This document shows, in pieces, positions 12,761 through 24,956 of a stretch of DNA of 64,000 nucleotides. The notes beneath the pieces are model-generated. The model did no database searches and had not been told where the DNA came from. It saw only the letters and a program-made list of their open reading frames with translations. Numbering within the stretch: the first letter of the stretch is position 1; each line of letters opens with the position of its first letter. The DNA is taken from assembly GCA_965153355.1 (NCBI GenBank), contig OZ231126.1:36890001-36954000 (forward strand), in the 5' to 3' direction. Position numbers and translations under genes: made by a program. This DNA is from Flaccisagitta enflata. Taxonomy: Eukaryota.

Positions 12761-14179
12761 CGGACTAAGCCTTCAGACTGTCCAAAATTCTTAACTTATT
12801 TAACTTGACTACACCCGTCAACTGAAAAGTCACGCATCTAGCATAATAAAAACAAAAGCCAGAAATACGGAATCTAAGCGGGCGTCTGTGTCCCCTGGCG
12901 TGGAAAGACTGCTATGAAGAAACCGCAGCTCGCAGGACCTGTGTATGTGTGTGCGTGTACATGTGTGTGTGTTGCATCAGAAAGCTGACATAGCCGGATA
13001 CACGACCAATAAGTAATCGCTAACGGATGACTAGGGCAGTAATGCAAGTGGGCAGGGCAGTATGGGGGTGGGCAGGGGCTGTAATTTGGCTGGGCAGGGG
13101 CTGTAATGCTCAAAAGTTGCAATTTCAGCCAATCTTGTGTCAAAAAGTTTTTGCATTCTTGACTGTTGAATCTTCTTACAGACACTTTCTCTTACAGAGT
13201 CGTTTTGCAAGCTACTGAAACGCATGAACAAGGTCATGACAGAGACGGTGAAGCCATTATGATAAGTCTTCACACCCAAAAAAACCTGATTGAGTTTGAT
13301 CAGCAGGTCTTGGTTTCACTCCTTTGCCTCTTTCACGCTCAATTTGGGCAAGATGATGATGTAAACCTTGACGAAAGCCTGTAGGAATTCCTCGTCCAAA
13401 GGCACCTACATGATGATGCAGAATATGAAAATAACTTTTTTGTCCGTTTGTTATTTTGCATCGATAAAAGCAGCAAAAAATCTGAACAGTATCTGGGTCC
13501 GCGACGGAGGGGGTTAAAGATCACCAATTCCATAAGATCGCTATGACCAAAAGATCGCTAACCCTGTAAGTTCGCTAAAACTTTATATTTAGAGCCTCCA
13601 TACGACAGAAAATTTTTGAAGGAAATCGGAGTGTTTCAGAATACTTTTTGCATTATTATCAGGACAATAATGATGCCAGGATGCTTTTAGTGGACAAATT
13701 GTTTCTAAAGACACTTGGTGCATACATTTTTACCATATTCTGACTTAAAATGTAATTCGAACTATGCAATTCACATGAAAACAAACAAGAAAAGGATGTT
13801 TTTTAGTGAATTTCTGCTTACACTTTTTTTCATTTTCTGAGGTCGAAATTCTAAGAAAGCCAAACACAGGGAAATTTTGCATTTTGAAAAACATAGTTCT
13901 CTCTGTAATCGATTTGGGAAGAGAACTATGTTCTTTGTTTTTTCATTTTTTCATTTCCTATGCAAATTTAGAATTTCGACCAGCCCCCTATCAGTGACCA
14001 AAAATAAAATAAGTACAAATTTTCAAAACAATCTTTTTGGTAACATTGGCTAAACATGGTCCTCTTGCTGAAACAATGCAAATTTTTCTTTTAAATATCA
14101 TGTCTGACCCATCTCAATCACTTTCATTCACTTATTTTTGCATTTTCATTTATACATTTTTTCTATTTTGACCTTCTTT

Positions 14180-15129
14180 GAAACACAAATGTTGCCTTCG
14201 GAGGGAAGCCGTCATACAAAGTTTCATGCAAATCCGTTTAAAAATGGCGAAGTTATGCATGTTTTCCACTTTGAGGCTAGTAGGGTGGTTAGGTGGTAGG
14301 CTGGTTTGGATAAATAGTGTGCATATGTTGAGTTCTTCCATTTAGAGACTCCATACCAAGTTTCAACCAAATTGGTTGAGCAATGTCCAATTTATGCAAG
14401 TTTTTCACTTTTAGACCAGTAAGCTGGTTGGGTGGTAGGTCGGTTTGGCCAGTTAGCATGCTCAAACATAAATAAATCACATACATGTGTTGAGTCCTTC
14501 CATTTGGAGACTCCATACCAAATTTCAACCAAATTAGTTGAAAAACGCCAAAGATATGCACATTTTTCACTTTTAGGCTGGTAGGCTGGTTGGGTGGTAG
14601 GCTGGTTTGACAGGATAAATAGTGTGCATATGTTGAGTTCTTCTATTTAGAGACTCCCTACCAAGTTTCAACCAAATTAGTTGAAAAATGACAAAGTTAT
14701 GCAAGTTTTTCACTTTTTAGTCGGTAGGCTGGTTGGGTGGTAGGTCGGTTTGGCCGGTTAGCATGGTCAAGTGCATATGAATCACATACATATGTTGAGT
14801 CCTTCCATTTAGAGACTCCATACCAAATTTCAACCAAATCGGTTGAAAAACGCCAAAGTTATGCACTTTTTTCACTTTTAGGCCGGTAGGCTGGTTGGGC
14901 CGGTTGGGTTGGTCGGATCACAAAAATCGGATAGGATGTAAAGCGCCTTACCCTAGTACAACTTCCCACCAAATATAAACCAAATTGGTCAAAGCATAAA
15001 AAAGTTACCCATTTTTTAAAATCCGTAACAACGACAACGACAACAACAACAACAACGACAACGACGACGACACCCACCCGCCTTGAATTATAGTCCGTGT
15101 CGGAATGATATTCCGTCGCGGACAAAAAA
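14180..15129 (-). mobile_element. HINE-like element carrying a 162/143-bp alternating tandem array
   Basis: Minus-strand head ttttttgtccgcgacggaat-atc-attccgacacggac hairpin followed by a (GTC/GTT)n microsatellite; anchor gttgagt.cttccatttagagactcc at 14327, 14489, 14632 and 14794; left boundary approximate. Confidence 0.7.
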
Positions 15130-15131
15130 GT

Positions 15132-16377
15132 AAACAGGTCGCTCAAGCGGCATATGGTCAGCGGTTTCCGTTGCCCCATTGATGATATCATTGTAATTGG
15201 GCAGTGGCCCCGGATGATTCCACTTAGGGCAATTTTGTTTCAGCTTTGATTAGTAATGGGTGGTCAAAAAAAAAGTGACTTTTTCATTTTCTCATTTCTT
15301 TTGTAAAATAAGGTTTAAAGTAAAATTTCTTTTTTTGCTAATAAGATATGGTGCAGGACAATTTTTTTCATTATTATGATTTTTGTATATCTTCTATACA
15401 TTTCAAGTTATTTACAATAAACTGATTTTGATTTTGGACCGCCTTGATTTTTCTATAGATTCACTATCTATAGTTAAGAACAACTTAAAAACTGATAAAA
15501 AACCTAAAAATTTTTTTAAGAATACAAACATATAACAAAACAAAAAATACTTCTAAAAACATTGTTTTATTTTCTAGTCAAATCTTTTAAACCAAAGCTT
15601 GAAGGCTTATGAATAATAGTATTTATTTCAAACAAGATTTAATAAACATAATTGTTTCTTAAAAACAACTAATAATCTATATTATAACCGATTTATGCAA
15701 ACATTTCACTTTTTTGTATTTATATAATTTTGTGTTTTACAAAATTGAAAAAAATCAATTTTTCTATACAGTTTACTTCATTTTTAAAATATCAACTCAT
15801 AAAAAAAATTTCAAACTTATTGGAAAAAATTCTTGCTTAGTCACTTTTTTTTTGACCACCCGTTACTGTCTGTTTTGAGGTCTGGGAGAGCTATTTTGTG
15901 GCCTGAGAGAGCTGATTTCAGGCCTGAGAAGGCTGGTTTCAGGTCTAAGAGGGGTGATTTTAGGCCTGGAAAGGCAAATTTGAGGCTTGGAAGGGCTGAA
16001 TTGAGTCCCAGAAGCGCTGTTTTGAGGTCTGGGAGGGCTGACTTGGGGTCTGAGAGAATTGATTCAGGTCTGGGAGGGCTAATTCTAGGCTGGGGAGGGA
16101 TAATCTGAAGCCTGAGAGAGCTGATTTCAGGCCTGAGAACACTGATTTGAGGGCTGAGGGGCTAATTTGAGGCCTGAGAGGGCTGATTTCAGGCCCGAAA
16201 AGGTCAATTTGAGCCCCTGAAAGAGCGGATTTGAGGCCTAGAATGGCTTGGGGAGGGGACGGAGAAACAAAATTGCCCTCCGGAGCCGCTGCCCAAAATG
16301 GGATGAACAGACTGACAAATGGATGGACCAACAGAAGGACAAAGCGGGTGGTAGATTCGCGTAGCACGCGACTAAAA
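15132..16377 (-). mobile_element. HINE-like element with internal 21-bp tandem array and a nested MITE
   Basis: Right end gattcgcgtagcacgcgactaaaa; left end atggtcagcggtttccgttgcc resembles the reverse complement of 2971-2992; gagagctgatttcaggcctga repeats about 15880-16240. Confidence 0.65.
15252..15867. mobile_element. AT-rich MITE with ~29-bp TIRs
   Basis: agtaatgggtggtcaaaaaaaaagtgact ... agtcactttttttttgaccacccgttact; TSD not clean. Confidence 0.75.
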
Positions 16378-16665
16378 TAAAATCATGTGCATAATAAGTT
16401 TTGCAGATGTATGTATTTTACCAGTCTTAGGAAAAAACCTTTTCAGCTGCAGTAGCTCCGTCTTGTTCTTGATTGCTGTCAACCATCCATAACAGCGTAA
16501 GGCAGCGTTGAATCCAGTTTGCTATCGAATTTGCATATTTGGTGAAGTTTGCGATTCTTATGAGCTGCATGAAAAATATGCGCAGCTTTCTCAGTTTCAC
16601 ATTATCGATACTACCGTGTTTGATTTCTGTGACACTGAAAGTTCCTTCCGTTTGTTTGTGCTTGT

Positions 16666-16738
<73 letters not shown>

Positions 16739-17396
16739 CCCTTGCTCTCGCCCTTACGCTCGCTCTTGCCCTCTCGCTCTTTTGTTCTTGCGCTCTCTTG
16801 CACTCGCACTCCCTCCCTAGCTCTCACTTTTGCTCTCTCTAGCTCCCTGTAGTATTCTGTGACCAAAAATAAAAATTGTGCGGACAATAGAATAATACCA
16901 ACGATCTTGACAGATAGACTGATCTGGTCATTTCTTTTAGTACCTATAATAGCTCCACGTCAATGTGTGAAGAATTCCTGTCTGTGAGTACTCCCAAATC
17001 TTCACGACTTTTTTTGTTTATCTTCATGACGAAAAAAAAATAAATGACTCGCAGGACTTGAAAAGTATGAGTGCGAAGGACTTTATGCGGCGATTCAACG
17101 CCTCAGTCGTTTTACATTGGTTTTCTTCATATGAGTACAGATAGCCTTGTTGTCATCTTCGTCAAAACCTTCATTGTAATCATCGCTATCGTCATCATCA
17201 TCGCAATCGCAATCGCCATCATCATCGCCATCATCATTATCATCATCATGATCATGATCATCATAATCATCAGCATTACTGGTATACATTCACTTGTGGC
17301 GTTTTCGGAGGCTATGTGGAATTGATCACTGTCCGCCAGAACACGGAATGAGTTGACTTGAAATGATCGTCTACAACTCTGATAGGTTTTGAGTCC

Positions 17397-17889
17397 TTGT
17401 GGTGTGTATAATACAAATCTGAAAAGAACTAAATCATTTTTGGGGCGCTTTTTGAAATATATACAAAAATAGTACAAATTTAGTATATTTTTCATCATAA
17501 CTCTTTGTGATGATTTCAGTTAGTATTTTTGACCGCGGATTTGGACTCAGTGGGTGGCTTTCGGTTTGTTTGATATGTCACACTATATTCTTTTGAAAAA
17601 GAAGTAAAAACTTTTTTTTCTTATAAAATCATTTAAAATAAATGTATTTTATAGCAATATGATGAAAAAATTAGCTTTTGATTTCTTTTTCAACACTATA
17701 TAGTGTGACATATCAAACGAACCGCAAAGCACTCGCTGAATCCGCATATGCAGTCAAAAATACCAGAAAACATCACCACAAAGAGTTATCATAAAAACTG
17801 CACTAAATTTAAACCATTTTTGCATATATTTCAAAAATCGCCCCAAAAGTGATTTAGTTTCCTTTAGATTTATATTGTACACACTACAA
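17397..17889. mobile_element. ~490-bp diverged palindrome (foldback/MITE-like)
   Basis: ttgtggtgtgtataatacaaatct versus agatttatattgtacacactacaa; inner tttgatatgtcacactata versus tatagtgtgacatatcaaa. Confidence 0.75.
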
Positions 17890-18649
17890 TGATAGTATAG
17901 AGTAGTCAAAAATCAAAAAAATATTTTATACAATTTTTTTGGTTGCTTTGTACTCAAATGCATCTAGCAGGAGGTTATCAACCGATTTTTTCTCAAAGGG
18001 ATGTTAGCAAATATGTATAATTGCACTAAATTAAACGTTAATTAGCCTTTTTATTTTTGTTACCACTTAAATTGTCATTTTCGTCCATTAGAAATGCAAA
18101 TTTTGGGTTGAAATTCAGGCCGTAGCTTGCAAACAACATCTACCACCATCACCTAAAACTTCATTAAATTTGGAAGTGTCTAAGATAGATATGCTTGTGC
18201 AAATAAGTCGCTCAGACTAATTTGCATATGAAAAGACAACCTTTGAAAGGTGTGCCGAAATGGGCCGCAAGGAGAAAATCGATAAGGTAAACGGCATTCA
18301 ATCTCATCTCTGATTTTGTTTCTTAGAAAAAAATTCCAGACACTTACCGGAATATCAAAGTTTTTTTGGTTGAAAAAAAAATTAATGCTGTCTAATCAAT
18401 CCCGCTCCCGGTGGCTAACAATGACCCAAAAACTATCAAAGTGAGAGACGATCATTCTTCCTCAACTCATTCCGTGTTTTGGCTGGTAGTGTGATGTCAA
18501 CTTCAGCATCACCAAGGAATTTTTTTATATGGTCGATGGTGGACCTCCTTGCTTAGATACATGTACAAAGATGATTATGTTATGATTTAATCTAATTAAT
18601 CAATTCCGTGTCATCAAGCCATTTGAATTTTGATTTGCATTATTGCCAG

Positions 18650-18811
18650 GAGTTGCTTCGTTCGGGTAAATTCGACGATTTGAGAGATGTTACGATCAAG
18701 TCGGAAAGACAGACGCCGGCAATTTCCTTCTCGTCATCGGAGGGACAGACGCCGGAAGTCGTCAACGGAAATCTCCTAACGTTCAAACATAAACAATGTG
18801 ACGATTACTAA
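18650..18811 (+). CDS. Terminal exon of + strand gene (ELLRSGKFDDLRDV...KQCDDY*)
   Basis: Acceptor attattgccag, phase 0; start ELLRSGKFD parallels exon 4 start ELLLSGRFD. Confidence 0.75.
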   Translation, partial: ELLRSGKFDDLRDVTIKSERQTPAISFSSSEGQTPEVVNGNLLTFKHKQCDDY

Positions 18812-18889
18812 TTTCTCTAGTGCAAGATTGCAAGAGCAGTAGCAACATGTGGCAACAGCAACAACGATTACAACTTAAACCACTATAGC

Positions 18890-18971
<82 letters not shown>

Positions 18972-19174
18972 GCCGCAGCAGCAGCAGCAGCAGCAGTAGC
19001 AACTCAGGAGCCTTTGCGCCATGAATGACAATTTTGCTCCTACGGATCTGACAATTCTTGCTCCTACGATGAATTGTTTGTTTCATTCTTCTCCTGTCTC
19101 TGCTATGAATGAACTTGATTAACCTGCTTGGCAGAATTTATTTTTTTGGGTTTTTACTGATTAATCTGCCTCGT

Positions 19175-19233
<59 letters not shown>

Positions 19234-19656
19234 CTGCCAGACAGACAGTTAGACTGACAACAGAGACGCCATACAGAGGCACAACATGTTGAGTTATTCT
19301 TTTTTTACATACTACATAGGGCCCAAAATAAGGATCATTGAAAAATACTGATCTTTCGGAAAAATTTGAAAGATGCGGAGAAATCAAAAAAGATACACAA
19401 AAAAAAAAAACAATTCAAAAAACATTGGTCTTACAGACCTCTGGTTGGCGGGAAATGGCTTTACTTCCTAAAATTGCCTCAAAGCAAAATGGGAAAACTT
19501 TATTTCTACCCCACATATCAAAAAGTGATTTTTTTCCAGTAACTATCTATTTTTACAGCAAACGGAAAAAGTGTGTGTAGTTTAAGTGGTTTAAGTGTTG
19601 CCAAACTTTGAACAATGGCGTTTGTGTATGTGTGTGTGTTTTCGTGTGTTTTCGTG

Positions 19657-19820
<164 letters not shown>

Positions 19821-20270
19821 GTATGTGTGCGTAAGAGCAAGTTTGTGCCGCAGCCCTCAAGCTGTGAGCCTGTGTCATTGTTTTGGCCCGATGGCAACGC
19901 CTATCGTACTTAAAATCGACCGATAGAACTCATTCTGACTTAGACAAAACAATTTTGACAAGATAGTTTGAATTAAGTCGAATGACGTTTATCATTTTAG
20001 TTATTTCACATAACAATAGATCAAGTCTGGTAAAAATGAACAATTGTATTTTAATTTGAGTATGATACGACTTTTCAAAGCAAAAGGGCAAAACGGTATA
20101 ATGTAAGATACCATATTATGATATAGTATTTTGATAGTAAGTGAGTCAGATAAATCCTACACATGTTAGGATGTGCCGTGGGCCTAACACACAGAAGCAT
20201 TCTTCGTCATCGTAACTTCTATAGAAGTTCTATCACTATGCAATAGCAACACATACAGTTGACTCCCAAA

Positions 20271-20424
20271 AAAACAAGGCCGTATACACGAGCCGAAGTC
20301 GCGTGCGGGTGGGCAGGAGCGGCGAAAAAGCTAAAAAAGCTAAGTGGGACCGACAGACGGACGAACGGACCGACCGACAGACGGACAGAGTGGGTCATAG
20401 AGTCGCGTGCACGCGACTAAAAAA
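20271..20424 (-). mobile_element. HINE-like element
   Basis: aaaacaaggccgtatacacg..gtcgcgtgc ... (GACG/GACC)n ... agagtcgcgtgcacgcgactaaaaaa. Confidence 0.8.
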
Positions 20425-20791
20425 CGAATCTTCAAGATAAAAAAAAAAAAAAAAAAGAAAACTGAAGGCAATAGCTGTGCGAAAAAAGGGATATTTCTTA
20501 TCAAGCTTTTATCTGAATTTCTTGGAGTCGTTGTTTTGAGAGATAACTGTGCCCACAAAAAAGCTCTAGTATTATAAGAAAATCAAGTAACGCCGGATGC
20601 AAAAACAGCGCGCAAAATTTGGGCAGGGGCAGTAATACGAAAGCCGCTTCGATGATAAACTGGCTGGCTAGCCGACAAGTCTCGCTACCTCACTTTAAAA
20701 TGTTCCACTTAACATTGCGAAATATCAAAAACTGGTGGGAAAACGATCTTGAAACTGGCATTGTTGTTTTGTCTTTTTCCTTCACTTTTTC

Positions 20792-23323
20792 TCAGTCTTT
20801 GTCCTTCCCCGGTGAGGCATCTTTGAGTGCGAACCAGCGAGTGACGCTTTGATTGAGTTTATATTCTCCGAGATCGATGACGCGTATTCCGACGGTCGCC
20901 GGTTCGCGACTCCAAAACGATTTGTCGTTTTTCACGGCGACCGTCAGACGTTGCAGCTCCAACAACTCGCGCTTCAGATCGAAAATGAACGTCTCTTCGA
21001 AGGACGGATTGAGAGAGTCTTCGACGATTTTGGTCTTTTCGCTTCCGGAGATTCGATCCATGCTGAGTTTGACGTAGGCGTCGGTGTTGCCTTCTTCGTC
21101 GGCGGCGATGAGGCCTTTGCATTCGTGCACAACCAAGCGTAGGACGTTGCCCTCTTTCGGCTCTATGGTCAGACGGATCAGTCCAAAGCCTTCGTTTCTT
21201 TCATCGTTCAACCCTTGAATCTGCTCGCCGTAGATCTGCTCGATTTTGACGTGCGGCAAATTCTTCCAATCTTCCGGAGCGGCGGCATCAGCAGCCGCCT
21301 TTTCCGCTGTTGCGGCGTCGAGCGATGCTTCCTGGGTTTGATCTTTCTTTCGAGACGCGAGGAAAGATTGCGTCGGCGTGACGGACTTAGATTCTTTGTT
21401 CTCCGTTTCCTCATTTTCATCTTCTACCTTCTCAACTGCTTCTTTCTCTTCCACCTCCTCCTTCTCTTCCTCTTCCTCCTCATCGCCTACTTCGAAGATG
21501 CTTTCGTCGACGCCGAGAATTCTTAGGCAGATTCGGACAGAAAGTTTCGGCGGCGCCGTCAGTCCGAGTGACTTTGCGGCGCCCTTTTCTCCGTGCCATT
21601 GGCATTCCCAAATCCAATCTTTCATGGCCGTGATTTTGTTGAGATTGAACGACCATCGACCCAAAGGTTCTCCTTCTTTGTCGGCTTCATCCACGATCTT
21701 GACAAACAACTTGAGATCTTCGGGGAAATCTTGGACGAGATATTGGAAGGCCTCTTCCCATTTTGGCTCCGGTGATGCGGGTTGAACCGTCGATTCCTGT
21801 TTGGTCAGCTGCTCGTTACTTCCTTGCAACGTTAAAATTACTCTCAAGTTCTTCGTCCGCGGCTTTGTCTTCAAGCCTTCCACGCCGTACAGATGCACCA
21901 GGACAAACGATCTGGAGCCTTGCGTCAAGATTGGATCTTCATCGACTCTGAAGTTATTTCCGACAGAATTTGGCCTCAACAGACTCTTTTGAGCATAAAC
22001 GTCTTCATAACTGAATCCGGCGGCATCCACAGGTTCCGTCTTGAAGAAAGACCACAGCATCCTCACGTTGAAGATGGCATTATGTTCTTTGAGCGCCGGC
22101 ACGGCGATGCATTGGGGCAAATAACCGAGATCCTTGACCTTTTTGATACCGACGTCGTAGTCGCACAGAGCCTCGTCCTCTGTCACGTCGAAAAAGTCGA
22201 GATCGTCTCCGTCCAGCAACTGAATATTGAGCATTTGCTGCGACGACCAAACGACGAACTCGAAGACCTGATTCCAGACCGGATTCGGTTCGTTGGTGAT
22301 ACGCGCCGTCGACTTGTGCACGTTGCCGATTTGCATTTTCACGTAAGGATCTTTTTGATTGAAGAAATTATCGCTGACGAGATTCTTGGCGTTGACGACG
22401 TGGACTCGCAGGACGCCCTTCGGCAGCGGATGTCGCAGCAAATTCGTGTCGATATTCTCCATCAACGGCACTGGATAACGATTCGGCAGCACCATCATGG
22501 AAGCCAGCGTGCCGTCGATCACGCTCTTGATCTTCCGCTTCAAAGGCGAAAAGTCCATCATGTTGCCGACGTTGGTCAGATCGAAGTCCATGACGGGCTT
22601 GTTGAGGAAGTAGCAACAGAGTGAGCCGCAAATCGGGATTCGACCCGTCAAATTCTGCATCTCGACGCGCATCTTGCCGCTGAAGGAGACGTTTTTCAAG
22701 CCGACCGTCAAAGTCGGCGTCGCCAAATAGGCCAATTTGACTTTAATTTGCGCGTCACCGGCGTAGCAAAGTTCCATGTCAAAGGCGATGTCTGTTACGC
22801 GACCGTCGGGTCCCTCATCCGACTTTCGCATGCAGATATTGACAATGCGCGGCGCGATGTCGCCGACCGTGCATTTCTTGAACTCGAAGTTTTCGACGCC
22901 GTATTGCGCGATCATTTCCTTGTAAGATTGTTGGTTATCCTTGATATATTTGGCCACGTAGTCGTCGATAAAAGGCCACGCTTGTTTAACGATCTTGTTA
23001 AGCCAATCGACGCGTTCACGTTTCGGGAAATAGATCCAAGATGGAGGATCTCGCATGACGTCGACGATGGACTTGACGTCGCAAGTCGCGGCTTTCGATC
23101 GCATTTCGTCTTGACGACGATGTCGAAGTCGATCTCGTTTGCGGACGATGAAGGCGGCGAATCCGATCATGACCCACAGGAAGCTGAAGCCGAAGCGGCC
23201 CGTCAACCAGGCCGGGATGAGAATGAACAACCAACGAGCGTAGTCTGGCAGCATCGGTCCCGCCAGTTTGAAAAGGTCCAGACATTCTTGTTTCATTACT
23301 TCCAGCGTAGAATGGAGACCCAT
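20792..23323 (-). CDS. Esyt2: Extended synaptotagmin (E-Syt2/3-like): hydrophobic hairpin, SMP domain, three C2 domains; single coding exon, 843 aa
   Basis: N-terminal hydrophobic stretch, SMP start PSWIYFPKRERVDWLNKIVKQAWP, MMVLPNR, C2A PKGVLRVHVVNAKNL..DPYV..NPVWNQVFEF, C-terminal C2 LNPSFEETF..LTVAVKN..VTRWFAL. Confidence 0.92.
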   Translation of the reverse strand: MGLHSTLEVMKQECLDLFKLAGPMLPDYARWLFILIPAWLTGRFGFSFLWVMIGFAAFIVRKRDRLRHRRQDEMRSKAATCDVKSIVDVMRDPPSWIYFPKRERVDWLNKIVKQAWPFIDDYVAKYIKDNQQSYKEMIAQYGVENFEFKKCTVGDIAPRIVNICMRKSDEGPDGRVTDIAFDMELCYAGDAQIKVKLAYLATPTLTVGLKNVSFSGKMRVEMQNLTGRIPICGSLCCYFLNKPVMDFDLTNVGNMMDFSPLKRKIKSVIDGTLASMMVLPNRYPVPLMENIDTNLLRHPLPKGVLRVHVVNAKNLVSDNFFNQKDPYVKMQIGNVHKSTARITNEPNPVWNQVFEFVVWSSQQMLNIQLLDGDDLDFFDVTEDEALCDYDVGIKKVKDLGYLPQCIAVPALKEHNAIFNVRMLWSFFKTEPVDAAGFSYEDVYAQKSLLRPNSVGNNFRVDEDPILTQGSRSFVLVHLYGVEGLKTKPRTKNLRVILTLQGSNEQLTKQESTVQPASPEPKWEEAFQYLVQDFPEDLKLFVKIVDEADKEGEPLGRWSFNLNKITAMKDWIWECQWHGEKGAAKSLGLTAPPKLSVRICLRILGVDESIFEVGDEEEEEEKEEVEEKEAVEKVEDENEETENKESKSVTPTQSFLASRKKDQTQEASLDAATAEKAAADAAAPEDWKNLPHVKIEQIYGEQIQGLNDERNEGFGLIRLTIEPKEGNVLRLVVHECKGLIAADEEGNTDAYVKLSMDRISGSEKTKIVEDSLNPSFEETFIFDLKRELLELQRLTVAVKNDKSFWSREPATVGIRVIDLGEYKLNQSVTRWFALKDASPGKDKD

Positions 23324-23895
23324 TTTTGTTTATACTTTATTTAGGCAGTGAGGATTTCACTGATAATCTATCTGCCATCTATTTCTTTGTTCTGCTTTTT
23401 GCTTTTTTCCCCTTTTCGCAAAATTAAAAAAAGACCATGTTCATTCCCATGAAAGGTAGGTACGCATACGAATTAGAAGTTCAATGTTCAATATACAGCT
23501 TCTCCTAGACATAAATCAGGTTTCGACGTTCAAAGAATGGCCTCATTAAAAAAACTAAATGTTGCTCAGTTGATTAGACCGTGCTGAGGCAGATTTTGAT
23601 GAGTTGTCATTCCGGTAAAGCGTGCAGCTTGTAGACGTGTTCATGAGAATTGAGATCAGGTTTTTTTTTTGTCTTTTTTATGTTAGTTTTTTATTTTTGA
23701 CATTTTAAAGAAATGACAGTCGCCAGACCTGTTCTCTGGATGCAGTGGAGTGGGGACATTTTATTCGGAGACATTTTTTTGGTTTTGGCTCTTCGTTGAA
23801 CTCAATAAACACGGATGAAACCGGTTGAAGTCTCGGGTTGAACTTTTTGGATGTCACGCAACCTCTCTTTCCCTTTCATTCTCTCCTTCATTCTC

Positions 23896-24163
<268 letters not shown>

Positions 24164-24419
24164 TTCTATAAATATAATTGAAAAACAGATCGACTAATTC
24201 TTTTCTGCTTCATGCGGTTTAAAGTATTAAGTACCAATTTCACTGGTTGAAATGTTCAAAGGAAAAGAAGATTCAAATCGAGTAGATGTAACCTATCTTT
24301 GCTCTAACATTGATAGTATTGGGTAAATTGAACTGAAAGAGACAATCGACTTAACAAGTAGCTGATAGGACAAAGGGACGAATGTGCGTTAATGCCGTTA
24401 ATGCCTTGCTTTACACCCA

Positions 24420-24456
<37 letters not shown>

Positions 24457-24458
<2 letters not shown>

Positions 24459-24956
24459 TGAATTTACGGCATAGTTTCTTGCCGTCGGTTCACGCTTTTA
24501 ACGATTCACATGTCTATTTAGCTGAGCGTGAACATGTCCTTATTTTGTCTAATTTGCATATTGAGGTATGGATGAAATGTAAAGCCCGTCGTAATTCTAC
24601 ATAGCCGCCGATATGTCTATTTTTGTGGAGTAAAATCTATTAACGGACAGTTTGCCACCACACCTCTCAAAAAAGACACTAAATGGAACAAAAAGAGAGA
24701 AAAAATTAGTGCACAGATCGAGATAAAACGGTAAAACGATAAAACGATAAAACGATAAAAACGATAAAAATGACGCGATGACGATAAAAATGCCAGGCAA
24801 AAAAGATAAAAAAAAATGCACATTCCCAGGACGAAGGAGCGACGGAGAGTAAAATTCAAAGCAACTCCGTACAGCTACAGAAGCGACACAAAAGGGAAAG
24901 GGAAAGGTGACAAAAAAACGGCATCGCTAAAGTCAACAAAAGACACATTTTCCACA
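24457..24956 (-). repeat. 3' LTR
   Basis: tgtgaatttacggc...cacattttccaca; no differences seen by eye from 29564-30063. Confidence 0.92.

Noticed and set aside
16423-16634. Possible minus-strand exon with an open frame of about 69 codons
   Set aside because: No recognisable protein similarity and no phase-linked partner exons identified
20849-23344. Plus-strand ORFs overlapping the E-Syt gene
   Set aside because: Antisense shadows of the long coding sequence
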